Positions 15,714 through 26,141 of a DNA stretch of 64,000 nt are shown here, piece by piece (the first letter of the stretch is position 1; every line of letters begins with the position of its first letter). The notes beneath the pieces are model-generated. The model ran no database searches and was not told where the DNA came from. It worked only from the letters and a program-made list of their open reading frames with translations. This DNA is from a virus, in the IMG/VR virus record IMGVR_UViG_3300032282_006300, positions 32,001-96,000 of that record. One strand, 5' to 3'. The position numbers were made by a program, and so were the translations under genes.

Positions 15714-17807
15714 TTAAGCCTGATCTTCGTCTAGGTCAATATCTTCTCGGGTCAAGTGACGGCGCATACCTACCACCTTGGGGTCTCCGAACTTGCCTCT
15801 TGGCAAGGGATCGGAAGGTAACAATAAGCCAGATTCGTTGTAAATGGCGTCATTATTTTCTTCTAAAGGTGCTGGAATTTTGTAATGTTCCCTTGCAATC
15901 CCTCGCATACGGCCAGCCTGCTTGTACAAAACGGCCTGACTTGGCATACCAGCCCTCATCTCGTCTGACTCTTCTGGTCGCTGAGCAGGGGCATCATCTT
16001 GTTCTGCCTGCACTTCATCTTCAAGATTTGATGGAATAGTGTTCATCAAATCATCCTCAGTGGGAGCCAAGTTTGGCTGTATAGCATTGGGGTCCGTACC
16101 CAAAGTAGTAACCCTCGTGTTTTGCATTGCATCCGCAGATGGTCCAGCAGTGGGCTCAAAATCGGCTCGCAAGTCCATTGGAATAGGAAGACCGCGGTCG
16201 CGCAATGCCTGATACATAGCCTTGCGGGTTTCTTGTTCTGCAATAGCCAATTGCACTTGCTCTTCTTGGGTGCGCTCAACTTCTTCATCAAGATCAAAAG
16301 GAATATTGAGGAGGCGAGTTTTGATAGAGATAGGAACTCCAGCGGCCCGCAATTGCTCGTAAAAATCACGTTGGTTTTGTTCGTCGGACAGATTCATTGT
16401 CTTGAAACGAAGTTCGGGAATCAACAGTTTGGGTTGTTCAACGATACGCTCTTCGCCTGTTTCTTCGTCAATTTCAAGAACTTCTTCCATTTTGACGTAA
16501 CGCTTACCGTTGCGAACTTCATAATCAAAATGTTCTTGTGCCTCGGCAACAATCAGTGCACGACTACGGTAATGGTTTGCGATCATCTGCTGGTAAGAAG
16601 TAAGCAACTGGCTTACGAGGTCTCGGTTCAAAGCATCCGCCGCATATGTTTCACCAGCGGATGCACCAGAAAGCATGGTCTGGCTCAAACCAAACGACTG
16701 AAGAATACGTCCTTCTAGCCGGTCAAAATCTGCACTCATGTCGGGCATATTTTCGCGACCGAAAACAGATTCCATTTGGATACCAAAATGGTGAACCAAA
16801 ACGCGGAAGTCCGCGGCCAATGCTTGGTCAAGGGCTTCTTCAAAGTTACCCAAGTCGTCATCTGTTGGAATCCAAGGAACTGTTGTCCCCAAGTCTCCGG
16901 CACTTGCGCCCAATTTTGCAAGAATAAGCGGAGTGTAGAGTCGGTCGGCGATAGCATCTTGCGCGGCGTTAAGCATTTCTTCTTGCATAACCGCTCGCAT
17001 GGCACGCATCAAGATCGGCACGCCACGCTTGTTAAACGTATCTGCTTCAAATTTCATTTGTTTCAGCAACACATTGCTGACAGGCATCAATGCTCCATCA
17101 GAAGCATACTGAAGCAATTCTGGGTAATTCTGGATCAAACGTTCATATTCGTATGAAGGTGAGCGCTTTTGGATAATTTCACGAAGTGATTGAGGCAATT
17201 TGATGTATAGATGTGGATCTCGAGAAAAAGGACTGCGTTCAACTTCTACATCGTCAGGGTTGAGAAGTTCTTCATCTTCCCAGACACCAAGAGCCTCATT
17301 GAAAGAACCCAATGACATGGCTTCACCAACGGTCCAATATTGCTTTCCAATGTCAATCAGAAACTTATCGTAATTTAATCCATCTGGACTAAAAAAAAGA
17401 TCGGTATAAAATTCGGTGAGTTGCTCATCTTTACAAACCAACTCGGAACCGAGCAAAGGATATTTGGAGTAAATGTCCACGCAAGATGCAACAATTGGGT
17501 GAGTCAAGTAAAGCAGACGACAGAAGGCCCGGACCTTTTTAAGTTCTTCGTGCTTTTCCACCTCGTAAGGTAGGTTGTTTTGTTTCCAGTAAAACAGTGG
17601 GTCACGAGGACGACCTGTGGCAAAGGACAATTGTGATCCACCACGACCAGCACCCGATGTAGCAGAAGCAGTACGACGGTTTACTGCGCGGTTCTTTCGC
17701 ATCTCTGCAACTTCAGGATTGTCATCTGTAGTGCTTGTTCGACGAAAACTACCTAACGTTTTCATTACAGATTCATCATATGAAGACGGTTTGCTTTCGT
17801 CAGCCAT
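15714..17807 (-). CDS. Portal protein
   Basis: LYLTHPIVASCVDIYSKYP, LLNPDDVEV, RGVPILMRA, AQDAIADRLYTPLILAKLG; start moved to MADESK 17807. Confidence 0.8.
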   Translation of the reverse strand: MADESKPSSYDESVMKTLGSFRRTSTTDDNPEVAEMRKNRAVNRRTASATSGAGRGGSQLSFATGRPRDPLFYWKQNNLPYEVEKHEELKKVRAFCRLLYLTHPIVASCVDIYSKYPLLGSELVCKDEQLTEFYTDLFFSPDGLNYDKFLIDIGKQYWTVGEAMSLGSFNEALGVWEDEELLNPDDVEVERSPFSRDPHLYIKLPQSLREIIQKRSPSYEYERLIQNYPELLQYASDGALMPVSNVLLKQMKFEADTFNKRGVPILMRAMRAVMQEEMLNAAQDAIADRLYTPLILAKLGASAGDLGTTVPWIPTDDDLGNFEEALDQALAADFRVLVHHFGIQMESVFGRENMPDMSADFDRLEGRILQSFGLSQTMLSGASAGETYAADALNRDLVSQLLTSYQQMIANHYRSRALIVAEAQEHFDYEVRNGKRYVKMEEVLEIDEETGEERIVEQPKLLIPELRFKTMNLSDEQNQRDFYEQLRAAGVPISIKTRLLNIPFDLDEEVERTQEEQVQLAIAEQETRKAMYQALRDRGLPIPMDLRADFEPTAGPSADAMQNTRVTTLGTDPNAIQPNLAPTEDDLMNTIPSNLEDEVQAEQDDAPAQRPEESDEMRAGMPSQAVLYKQAGRMRGIAREHYKIPAPLEENNDAIYNESGLLLPSDPLPRGKFGDPKVVGMRRHLTREDIDLDEDQA

Positions 17808-18112
17808 TAAGACTCCAGACCAGAGGTATACATGTCCCAAGCCTTATGGCCCAGACTACGGATAACATTACCAAAGACACGACGATCTTCCCAATCAGGC
17901 CTACCGTCGTTTTGATACATCATTTTGACGTATTCAGTTAAATTGTCAGAACAAATGCCACACAACTGAATGTAGAAACCCGGCCCTCTTACAATGGCTT
18001 CCGCCGCGATTCCGTAAATGGAGGTTGCTACCGCAGAATCTAGGCGATATGGGTGCAAAACCATAGGCGTAGGCGAATGGAACTTAGATCCTTCGCATAG
18101 TTCGGAGGACAT
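17807..18112 (-). CDS. Hypothetical protein (possible Zn binding)
   Basis: C..H / CGIC; coupled to portal. Confidence 0.65.
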   Translation of the reverse strand: MSSELCEGSKFHSPTPMVLHPYRLDSAVATSIYGIAAEAIVRGPGFYIQLCGICSDNLTEYVKMMYQNDGRPDWEDRRVFGNVIRSLGHKAWDMYTSGLES

Positions 18113-18126
18113 TTCAATTTCCTGAC

Positions 18127-18759
18127 TTAGTTTTGACCCATGCGAGATGCTTTAACGGCCCTTAGCACCTCGGGTGAACGACCGCTAAATTCAATAGCAA
18201 GGTGTCGCAAATAATCTTCCTCACTCACCAAAACACCACTGGCGGTTTTGTAAGATTTTTTAGCAAGTTCTTCATCTTGTGGTTGAATATCGGGATTTTC
18301 TTCTTCCGCTTCTTCCTCGGATACATCTTCGGGATTAATAGGATCTTCTTGGCCCAAAGAGTCTTGTCCGTCCATTGCGGTGCCTTGGGTTGGTTCTGCG
18401 TTTGGCATACCGGGAATTTCTACGGGCACTCCATCAACTGTCTGCGGGAAAGCAGGATAAGAAGGTTGAAGGCGAACCATAAAGTTGATACCACAAAAAC
18501 CACATTCAACTGCCCCATCAGAACGGGCAGTTACCTGACCACTACCGCACATGGGGCAGTGAAAAATACGAAATTGGTCACCGCTATCGTGAGCCTGCAC
18601 CCTAATAGATGACATTGTTTTCCTTCCAGAACTCTTTGATGCCGAAACCATTCCGCCACGGGGACGCTCTAAACAAGCCGGACAAAGCATCTGATCGCCC
18701 GAACGACTGCGGGGTACGTACGGATCCATCTTGACTCCGCAATCATCACACAGCCTCAT
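18127..18759 (-). CDS. Zn-ribbon virion-region protein
   Basis: CDDC..CPAC, HCPMCGSGQV..ECGFC; GAGGAGG RBS. Confidence 0.75.
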   Translation of the reverse strand: MRLCDDCGVKMDPYVPRSRSGDQMLCPACLERPRGGMVSASKSSGRKTMSSIRVQAHDSGDQFRIFHCPMCGSGQVTARSDGAVECGFCGINFMVRLQPSYPAFPQTVDGVPVEIPGMPNAEPTQGTAMDGQDSLGQEDPINPEDVSEEEAEEENPDIQPQDEELAKKSYKTASGVLVSEEDYLRHLAIEFSGRSPEVLRAVKASRMGQN

Positions 18760-18772
18760 ATAGAGCCTCCTC

Positions 18773-18807
18773 TACCTTTTTGGAGCCGTTTAAGGTGATG
18801 CGACAGG
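18773..18807 (-). promoter_or_regulatory. Putative late promoter CCTGT-N26-GGTA
   Basis: Recurring motif. Confidence 0.6.
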
Positions 18808-19866
18808 GGTTTTGGGCTCGTTCAGGGCTTTCATGTACCAAGACATGTTTTCTTGCAATCTGGGGTCTTCAGGAAACAAGTCTAATGCTTTTTGACCATA
18901 GGATAGGGCCAGATCATGCGCACCGCAATTATGGGCGCATAAAGCCGCAATATCATAGATGTAGAAATTCCAGGCTTTATCTTCTGTGATGTATGCGGGG
19001 TGTTTAAAATCCATAGAAACTGCTCTATTGGCCATGCCAAGACCACATTGCCAACGACCTTCGTTGTAATACAATTCTGCCAATTCTACAAAAGGTTCTC
19101 TGCGGTCAGAAGTTTCTGCACAAGCCTTTAGTAACCAAGTTTCAGCATTGTTGGGTTCGCATTTGGCGAGCATAATCATTGATTCAGAACGTTCGTATGA
19201 CCAACCACCAAGGGTTAGATAACGTTTAAGTTCTTCGGCACATTCTTCAAAACGTTGAACATAAAATAATTCTCTGCCGTAATAAAAAGACATACGGGAA
19301 TCATCCGGCAAATCTTTTACTGCTTGTTCAAGCATAGGTAGGTAATTGCGGGGTTTGGTGCGATCTGGCATATGTTCGCTAATTACCTTACTGCTGGCCC
19401 TAATGCACGGTGTAACTTCAAGCATTTCGTGAATAGGCCAAACCCAACGTGAGCCGTGGCGAGCATGGATGTTTACACGTTCCCAACTTTGCAATGGCGT
19501 TCCATCGGGCAATTTGCTATTGATAAATAAATAACCAAATTGTGTGGCTTCTGGATTTTCTTCAATAGTTTTTTCTAATTCTTCTCGCCATCCTTCATGC
19601 AAAATTTCATCCATATCGACACTGAAACAAAAATCAACATCGTCGGGGATAAGGTTGAGCGCATCATTGCGTGCCTGATCAAATTTAAAAGTTTTATATT
19701 TTTTCTTATGAACCGTTACGCCAGAGGCTTTGGCAATTTTGACGGTATCGTCTTCTGAGCCTGTATCAAGAATTAAACGAACGTCTGCATCTTTTGCTGA
19801 TTCAGCCCAACGGGCAACATGCTTGGCTTCGTTTTTGGCTATTGAATATACAGCGATCTTTGGCAT
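18790..19866 (-). CDS. GT2 glycosyltransferase with TPR repeats
   Basis: IAKNE, LDTGSEDDT, F..ARN.AL, DMDE, W..PIHE; TPR-like C-terminus. Confidence 0.9.
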   Translation of the reverse strand: MPKIAVYSIAKNEAKHVARWAESAKDADVRLILDTGSEDDTVKIAKASGVTVHKKKYKTFKFDQARNDALNLIPDDVDFCFSVDMDEILHEGWREELEKTIEENPEATQFGYLFINSKLPDGTPLQSWERVNIHARHGSRWVWPIHEMLEVTPCIRASSKVISEHMPDRTKPRNYLPMLEQAVKDLPDDSRMSFYYGRELFYVQRFEECAEELKRYLTLGGWSYERSESMIMLAKCEPNNAETWLLKACAETSDRREPFVELAELYYNEGRWQCGLGMANRAVSMDFKHPAYITEDKAWNFYIYDIAALCAHNCGAHDLALSYGQKALDLFPEDPRLQENMSWYMKALNEPKTPVASP

Positions 19867-19900
19867 AACAACAGATCATAGTACCTTTATGGGATAAGGT

Positions 19901-20380
19901 CTAGTCTTCGTAGAAAGCGTCTCTAATAAGCACAGAAGCCGCGGTACGGACAACAGAATCGGCCTCTTCTTCATCCAATTGGCTCAATACTTCAATAAAA
20001 GATGGGTCTCTACGAATAAGACTTGCCACCAGAATCAAGGCATCTTCAGCGATATCTTGAAAAGCGGCTAGGTGGCCAGATTCGTGCATGGCATTTAAAA
20101 TTGCCGTTTCCCCACCCATGTCGTACACATCGCGAACAGCAAAAGCCGTCAAACCAGAAGTTTCCAGAGAGTCGTTCAAATCTGTGTCAATTGAACTGGT
20201 TGATTGCAAAGGCGAAAGATCGTGTAAAGCCACAGGAACAATCTGTCCTGCAGAAATACCATTTTCAAAAGAAATATGTGCTGTATTCGAAGACATCAAA
20301 AGGATGCGACCCTCATCACCAAGATTGAGTTCGCTGGTTGCATAACCTGTGTATGCTACCTTTTGTCCTTCGCGCAACAT
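19901..20380 (-). CDS. Hypothetical protein
   Basis: 159-aa ORF with AAGGA RBS. Confidence 0.7.
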   Translation of the reverse strand: MLREGQKVAYTGYATSELNLGDEGRILLMSSNTAHISFENGISAGQIVPVALHDLSPLQSTSSIDTDLNDSLETSGLTAFAVRDVYDMGGETAILNAMHESGHLAAFQDIAEDALILVASLIRRDPSFIEVLSQLDEEEADSVVRTAASVLIRDAFYED

Positions 20381-20388
20381 ATTAATCC

Positions 20389-21717
20389 TTATGGTTGTTG
20401 TTGTTGTTGTTGTTGGTTGTTTTGTTTTTGAGGAGGATTAAAACTTTTTGGAATTTTATTCAAAAGTGGTCCAGCACCAGGAAGCAAAACATTTACTCCA
20501 GTTTCGACCACTTTAGGAATTGCTCTTTTTACGGCTTGTTCAATTGGTCCATCAGGAGGAGAAGATGGCGGTTGAAAATTTAAAGAGTTGGCAAAACCTC
20601 CACCCAAGAAAGACATAGGGTATTCTGCCATCGCGGAAATAGCGATAACCCGTGCTTCTTTATCGCTTAAATGCGGATTGTCTTGAAGTACCTTTGCGGT
20701 AAAAAGCAACAAAGAAATTTTAGGCGACGAAGTGTCTGGTGAATTAGCACCACTAGAAGCAGGATTAAACATACCGGGCTGTCCCCCGCTCAGCCCGGGA
20801 TTTCTCATTTGGCGGTTAATTAATTCTGGATCACTTGATTCTAGCCCCATTGCGGGTGAGGTTCCGTTTCCGTAATTAGAAGAAGGACCTGCACTGCTTG
20901 GCAACATGCCATTATTGTATTGAATACTGGCTGGGGTGCTATTGGCACTAGACCTTTTATCAATAGTGCCCTGCTCTTCTAAGTCTCCAGAACCGCACAA
21001 AGGACATTTGCGAGGACCTTGTGGATTTTTTAAATCGTTAAAAGCGTCGTCTTCATCTTTATGATTACAATTTTTACATTTAAGTTCTACAACCATATCT
21101 GCTTTTTTTAAGATACCAACAGAGAATTTTGATGACAGGTATTCCCAACGACCGTTAGGTACATACACGCCATCTTCATCTTGTTCTGTGAGATGCACTT
21201 TTATCCTCGGGGCTTGTTCTGAAGGCTTTTGTTTTTTTGAAGGTGAAGGAGCCGGTTCAGATGTTTGTTGTGGTTGTTGTGGTGGTTGTGGTTTTTGTGG
21301 ACGTTGCACGTTTGTTTCTTTTTTTTTAGGTTTTCCCATCAATTCGTCAAATTTTTCAAAACCTTTTAGCAGTTTTTGATCTAAACCTTGAAAACCTTGC
21401 CAATGGTTTTCATTAAGTTCACCTTTGTGGTTTAAACGATTTTGTACCGTATTGATAATATTTTTTATATCTGCTGTGGTACCAGAAGCAGTTACACCAT
21501 CATTGTTTTCATTTAGTGGGCGAGTGCTTTCATCGTGGCAAGGACCACAAAAAACCATTTTGCCATTATCAATGGAGACACCACAACATTCTCCTGCATT
21601 CAAACCACAATTATCGCATTTTGGCGTAGGGTGTCCCGGCTCAACAAAATCTTGTTCGGCAGGTGAATGTCCGCACCGAGATTTGTTGGCTGTTTGAGAA
21701 CCATACTTATCGGCCAT
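20389..21717 (-). CDS. Modular Zn-finger/low-complexity protein with poly-Q tail
   Basis: CDNC..CGPC, CKNC..CPLC, Pro/Gln tracts. Confidence 0.7.
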   Translation of the reverse strand: MADKYGSQTANKSRCGHSPAEQDFVEPGHPTPKCDNCGLNAGECCGVSIDNGKMVFCGPCHDESTRPLNENNDGVTASGTTADIKNIINTVQNRLNHKGELNENHWQGFQGLDQKLLKGFEKFDELMGKPKKKETNVQRPQKPQPPQQPQQTSEPAPSPSKKQKPSEQAPRIKVHLTEQDEDGVYVPNGRWEYLSSKFSVGILKKADMVVELKCKNCNHKDEDDAFNDLKNPQGPRKCPLCGSGDLEEQGTIDKRSSANSTPASIQYNNGMLPSSAGPSSNYGNGTSPAMGLESSDPELINRQMRNPGLSGGQPGMFNPASSGANSPDTSSPKISLLLFTAKVLQDNPHLSDKEARVIAISAMAEYPMSFLGGGFANSLNFQPPSSPPDGPIEQAVKRAIPKVVETGVNVLLPGAGPLLNKIPKSFNPPQKQNNQQQQQQQP

Positions 21718-21719
21718 TA

Positions 21720-23462
21720 TTAACCCATATCGTTTTCAATTTGTGGATCGAAAGAACTAAGACGATGGGTACGTTGCCATCCCCATACAGGGTTGTAATA
21801 ACCATTTGGAGTATTTTTATGCACATGGTTCATAATATGTGTATGCGCGTGAACACCAAAAAAATCAGTAAGTTCTCGATGATCAGACGGTGATACGTTG
21901 TATTTCTTGTACATAGCAAGTTGGGGTTCGGTTGGTTCGTCGTTATAAGTTTCACTGATCGCGTGATCTTCAGAACAATCGTCCGCACCGGCCGTTTTAT
22001 TAAAATTTAGGCGACTGCTAGATTGGCTAGAAACTTTGAGCGACTTATAATCGCTGTGCAAGCGCTTGCTTGCGGCAACAGCCTCGTCACGGGTTTGGTG
22101 TGAGGAAAGAACATTGCCTGATTTCTTGTCAATGATTACCCACATGCCATTGCGCTTACGCACATTGCCAGCCGCGGTACGGCGTGAGGCAGTCTTGCGG
22201 GAGGCAGTGGTGCCCATTGGGTAAGAACGATCCGGGTGCGTGTGATCAGCATGGCCATCGTTGTGCATCTGATCGTGCAAATTTGCAATAGTCTCTTCGT
22301 GAGCACTGCCACGGTCTTCATCATCCTTAATAGACAAATCAGGCCCAGGAAGAAATTCAGTCCAAAGATTATGATCGTTCTCAATGTGCTGAACCATAGG
22401 GTGGCTTTCCACGTCGTCAGGATCAACCCCCCAGCCAAGGATGTTTGCGAGATACGGGCCTTCCTTGGGGGCATCATCCGAACCTGCAACCAGGAGAGGG
22501 TTGTCTTCTTCATCGCCTGGGTGCCAGTGGTCAATACTGCCATCGGCGTGCTCATTGTCATGTTTTTCTTTAAGCAATTGCCCGACATCAGTGCGTCCAC
22601 CATTACGCGCTTTGTATGCTGCGTCGTCATGAACTTGGCTCAAAATATCACCGGCACCATTGCCGTGATCTTCAACAAGGTGATCCATAGCCTCGTTAAT
22701 GTGGTGATCTTCAGCAGCGGTCTTGCGGGAGGACTGTGCACGCTTGTGATCACTCATACCACGTCCATCGCAACCTGGACAAGTGTTATCACCATGATTA
22801 ATCTCGCCATCTGTGGTACCTGTGCCATTACAAGAAATACAAGTCATATGGCCAGTCTTGCGAGCGGCAGTGGTGCTGTTGTCTTCTGATTGGCATTGAG
22901 GACAAACAAGATGTAGTTTTCCATCAAACGTGGTGTAATCTGACCAATTTTCTTTTTTGCCAGAGAACCCGCACTTATTACACTTAGCAGAAGACCCGTC
23001 ATCACCAGCGGTACGGCGTGAGGAAGTGGTGTTGCCTCTCTGCCTTTTGTCATATTCAGCAAAGGGGTCGGTGTCTTTGTATTCAGGCAAATTATTTTTA
23101 TTTGCGTGTTCTCCGAAAAACTCACAAGCCAAACATACATTTGGGTCTTCAGCATCGCATCCACAAGGGCAACTGCAAATACCGTTGTTTGCCAACTTGA
23201 CGTTACCGGCCTCAACCAGCATTTCCCAACGGTTACGCAAAGAAGCAGTAACTTCATCAAGAGGAACACCTGTGCTATCTGACAACTCCTGAATGCTCGC
23301 GGTGGCCAGCATTAGGCGACCTTCGAACTCATCGTTGGTCTGCGCCAGAGCAAGGTATTGCATGACACCAGTTGATGCCACACGGAGGTTAGCCTGAGCA
23401 ACTAGACGCGCTTCTGAATCGTAATCGCGTGAAGCCTCATCCCAAACGGAGTAGCCATCCAT
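21720..23462 (-). CDS. Modular virion-region protein with repeated SR[KR]TA linkers
   Basis: Cys and His cassettes separated by SSRRTAG, AARKTGH, SSRKTAA, ASRKTASRRTAA, FNKTAG. Confidence 0.75.
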   Translation of the reverse strand: MDGYSVWDEASRDYDSEARLVAQANLRVASTGVMQYLALAQTNDEFEGRLMLATASIQELSDSTGVPLDEVTASLRNRWEMLVEAGNVKLANNGICSCPCGCDAEDPNVCLACEFFGEHANKNNLPEYKDTDPFAEYDKRQRGNTTSSRRTAGDDGSSAKCNKCGFSGKKENWSDYTTFDGKLHLVCPQCQSEDNSTTAARKTGHMTCISCNGTGTTDGEINHGDNTCPGCDGRGMSDHKRAQSSRKTAAEDHHINEAMDHLVEDHGNGAGDILSQVHDDAAYKARNGGRTDVGQLLKEKHDNEHADGSIDHWHPGDEEDNPLLVAGSDDAPKEGPYLANILGWGVDPDDVESHPMVQHIENDHNLWTEFLPGPDLSIKDDEDRGSAHEETIANLHDQMHNDGHADHTHPDRSYPMGTTASRKTASRRTAAGNVRKRNGMWVIIDKKSGNVLSSHQTRDEAVAASKRLHSDYKSLKVSSQSSSRLNFNKTAGADDCSEDHAISETYNDEPTEPQLAMYKKYNVSPSDHRELTDFFGVHAHTHIMNHVHKNTPNGYYNPVWGWQRTHRLSSFDPQIENDMG

Positions 23463-23480
23463 AGTTATATTTCCTCTTCC

Positions 23481-26141
23481 TTAGTTTTCTTTGGTTACAA
23501 GAGAGATATTATCTTCAATTGCTTGACGGAAGTTGGCCAGACGGCGAGCACTCGTCAATTGTTGTGTTGCTGGCATTGAGACGTTGATCTCGGCATTAAT
23601 CACACCTTGACCAAAGGGCTCAACACCATTGTAGGGTGCAGGACCACCGGGACGAGCGGGATCAGTTCCTCCAGCGTTAGGACCATCGCGGCCCGGACCG
23701 TTAATGGGGGTTTCACCAACGGGGGAAGGTGTAGCGTCTGGAGCCATAGTGTCAAGGTCAGTTGACGTGGCACTCTCAACGCGAAGGTAAGCACCCTTCA
23801 TAATTCCACCTTGATCAGAAATGACCTTCAAGGAGAAATCTTTATGAAGTGCAATGCGCTGGCTAAACTCTGGATACTTGTTGGCTTGCTTGCGATGCTT
23901 GGCAACCCAAGCCTCTTGAGAACCAATGTTGTCAGAGATACCTGCGTACAGGCCAGCCTCAAACTCGGCAGAACCGGTGCGAACCAATGGCTTGCTTGCG
24001 TCCCATTTGCTTGCAAACTTGTAAGCCTTACGGAATTCAGGGTCCTGATTTGCATCTTCTGGAGTGAAAAGGCTAGAGGTGCGTTGCGCTTGTGCTTCGT
24101 CCAATTGCCTTTCTAGATCCTTGTTGTTTTCTGGTGCGTGTTTGGGAGATGGTGAATTTCCTCGCCAAATCTGGTCACTTTCATACCTTTGACTGTAAGG
24201 CAAAGTTTCATCATCAATATATTTGCCCGGACGATTAAGGTGCAATTTACTTACGTCGGTTGGAAGATCCGCGGCTGGACCTTTACGACGAAATGGGTTG
24301 CGACCAGCGGTACCACTCAAAAATGCCTGACCATTATCGCCACCGGCTGAGTAAGGCATGTCCTTGGGGTTACGCTCATCGCGTGCTTCGCCAATACCCT
24401 TTTGGTAACCTGCAACATAACCGGAGGAGAAAGCAAGACCACTTGATGCATCAGAGTAGGTAGGTGCATCACCATTGGCGCCATCAGCCATACCGGCCGC
24501 AAAACCAGCGGTGTACGAGCCACCCTGCTGAGGTTGTGGGGTAGTAGCAGGGGAATTTGCTACATCAGGTTGTGCAACTGCGTGAGGTGCATCGGAGTTA
24601 CCGTACATGTCAGCAGTTTTGCGAGAAGCCGTTGGCGGTGCTATGCCGTCGAGAAACGGTCCCCTGCAATCATCGCAACTCCACCTAGTTTGATTAGGAT
24701 TCCCATAAGAGATATAGACAGACGGTTTTGCCCCAGCGGCTCCACAATTGTCGCAAGTTGCTTCAGCAGCAGTCTTGCGGGAGGCGTTCTTGGGCGCGTT
24801 GACTTCAGCGGGAACCATACCCATGCCACCGCAATTACCGCAGGAGTTCTTGCCATCTTTAGTCTTTCCAGTGGCATCACAAGAACGGCAAGAAAAATCA
24901 GCGGGAGCAGCAATACGGCGAGAGCCGGTAAAACCAAATTCGTGTTGTCTACCCGGCAAATATCCGCGAAGGTGTTCGTTTATGTGGGCTTTGGCGTCCG
25001 CAACGCTTTCATGGTCGTGCTGATTTTGATCGTCGTGGGTATTTTCATTTCCCATAATTGTGAAAATACGATTGGGATCATCTCCACTTTGATAAATGTG
25101 ACCGAATGCAAAATTGCCATCTCTGTCTTTAGTCTCTGCGCTGTGTAAAAGTGGATCATCTCCACCATTTGGATCAATTCCACCCTCGTCATACCACTGA
25201 ATTTTAGCAGCAGTCTTGGTTGCGGCAACAGCCTTATCAATTGCTGCTGGTGCCGCCTGAGTAAAATCCTGATCATCAGCCTCTGGGTCCACAACCGGAC
25301 CGCCAAGCATCCAAGGGTAAGCAACTTCACCCGGAAGTGGGGTGGGCTTGGGCATGTTGTTGGGGTCAATGGTTTGAGCAATCTGATCCAAGGTGCTTGC
25401 GGCTTCACGCTGACGAAACTCATCCAAGTTGTAGGAGTGAGAAATGGCAACTGAAGTTACATTAGCAAAGTTAGCGGTTCCGCCACCGGGAACTGGGGGC
25501 CATTCTCCTTGGCCTTGTCCTCCACCAAGTTGCTCAATTTCAGCAAGCAATGGGTTGTTGTAAGTTCCCTCTTGCGCGACAGCCTGATCATTAATCGGGT
25601 GAACTGGGTCTTCAAAAGTGGGGAAGGTAGCCGCAGGGTATTCAGTAGCCTTGGGCATGTTATTGGGATCAATGAGTTGGTCAACCTGATCCAAGCCGGA
25701 TGCGGCTTCGCGGTTCAAGAATGCAACGTATTGCAAGAACGACTGCTCGGCGTCAGGTGCATAAACACCGTAAGTGCTGGCGGTACGACGAGCAATACCA
25801 CGGGCCTGCTCAACAAACTCTGGAACGTCATTTTTGACTTCGTCAGAGATGCGGTTGAACCACAATGATGCTTCAGCCATCACTGCTTGGTGATAGTTAT
25901 TGTCCTGAGTGTCGTCATCCATGCTCAACCAGTCGGTGGAGGCAGTGTGAAACTCGTGCACTCGCACGGGCGACAATGTCTGCTCTACAATCGCGCTGGT
26001 GAAGTCTAGACTTCGGTCTTCAGCGATGTTGCTGGCCTGACGAGCGTCAAGTGCTTCAAGTTCTGAAACCAAAGCGATCTGCTCAGCAAGAGATGATGCT
26101 TTTTGCAAGGATGCCATGATTTCGGCACGAGAGTTGTTCAC
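23481..26141 (-). CDS. Modular virion-region protein with REAAS duplication and SRKTA linkers
   Basis: REAAS.LDQ...IDPNNMPK twice; ATKTAA, GSRRIAA, ASRKTAA, ASRKTAD. Confidence 0.75.
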   Translation of the reverse strand: MNNSRAEIMASLQKASSLAEQIALVSELEALDARQASNIAEDRSLDFTSAIVEQTLSPVRVHEFHTASTDWLSMDDDTQDNNYHQAVMAEASLWFNRISDEVKNDVPEFVEQARGIARRTASTYGVYAPDAEQSFLQYVAFLNREAASGLDQVDQLIDPNNMPKATEYPAATFPTFEDPVHPINDQAVAQEGTYNNPLLAEIEQLGGGQGQGEWPPVPGGGTANFANVTSVAISHSYNLDEFRQREAASTLDQIAQTIDPNNMPKPTPLPGEVAYPWMLGGPVVDPEADDQDFTQAAPAAIDKAVAATKTAAKIQWYDEGGIDPNGGDDPLLHSAETKDRDGNFAFGHIYQSGDDPNRIFTIMGNENTHDDQNQHDHESVADAKAHINEHLRGYLPGRQHEFGFTGSRRIAAPADFSCRSCDATGKTKDGKNSCGNCGGMGMVPAEVNAPKNASRKTAAEATCDNCGAAGAKPSVYISYGNPNQTRWSCDDCRGPFLDGIAPPTASRKTADMYGNSDAPHAVAQPDVANSPATTPQPQQGGSYTAGFAAGMADGANGDAPTYSDASSGLAFSSGYVAGYQKGIGEARDERNPKDMPYSAGGDNGQAFLSGTAGRNPFRRKGPAADLPTDVSKLHLNRPGKYIDDETLPYSQRYESDQIWRGNSPSPKHAPENNKDLERQLDEAQAQRTSSLFTPEDANQDPEFRKAYKFASKWDASKPLVRTGSAEFEAGLYAGISDNIGSQEAWVAKHRKQANKYPEFSQRIALHKDFSLKVISDQGGIMKGAYLRVESATSTDLDTMAPDATPSPVGETPINGPGRDGPNAGGTDPARPGGPAPYNGVEPFGQGVINAEINVSMPATQQLTSARRLANFRQAIEDNISLVTKEN

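Noticed and set aside
20393-20422. (CAA)n tract as phase-variation switch
   Set aside because: Triplet repeat at the extreme C-terminus; slippage would keep the frame
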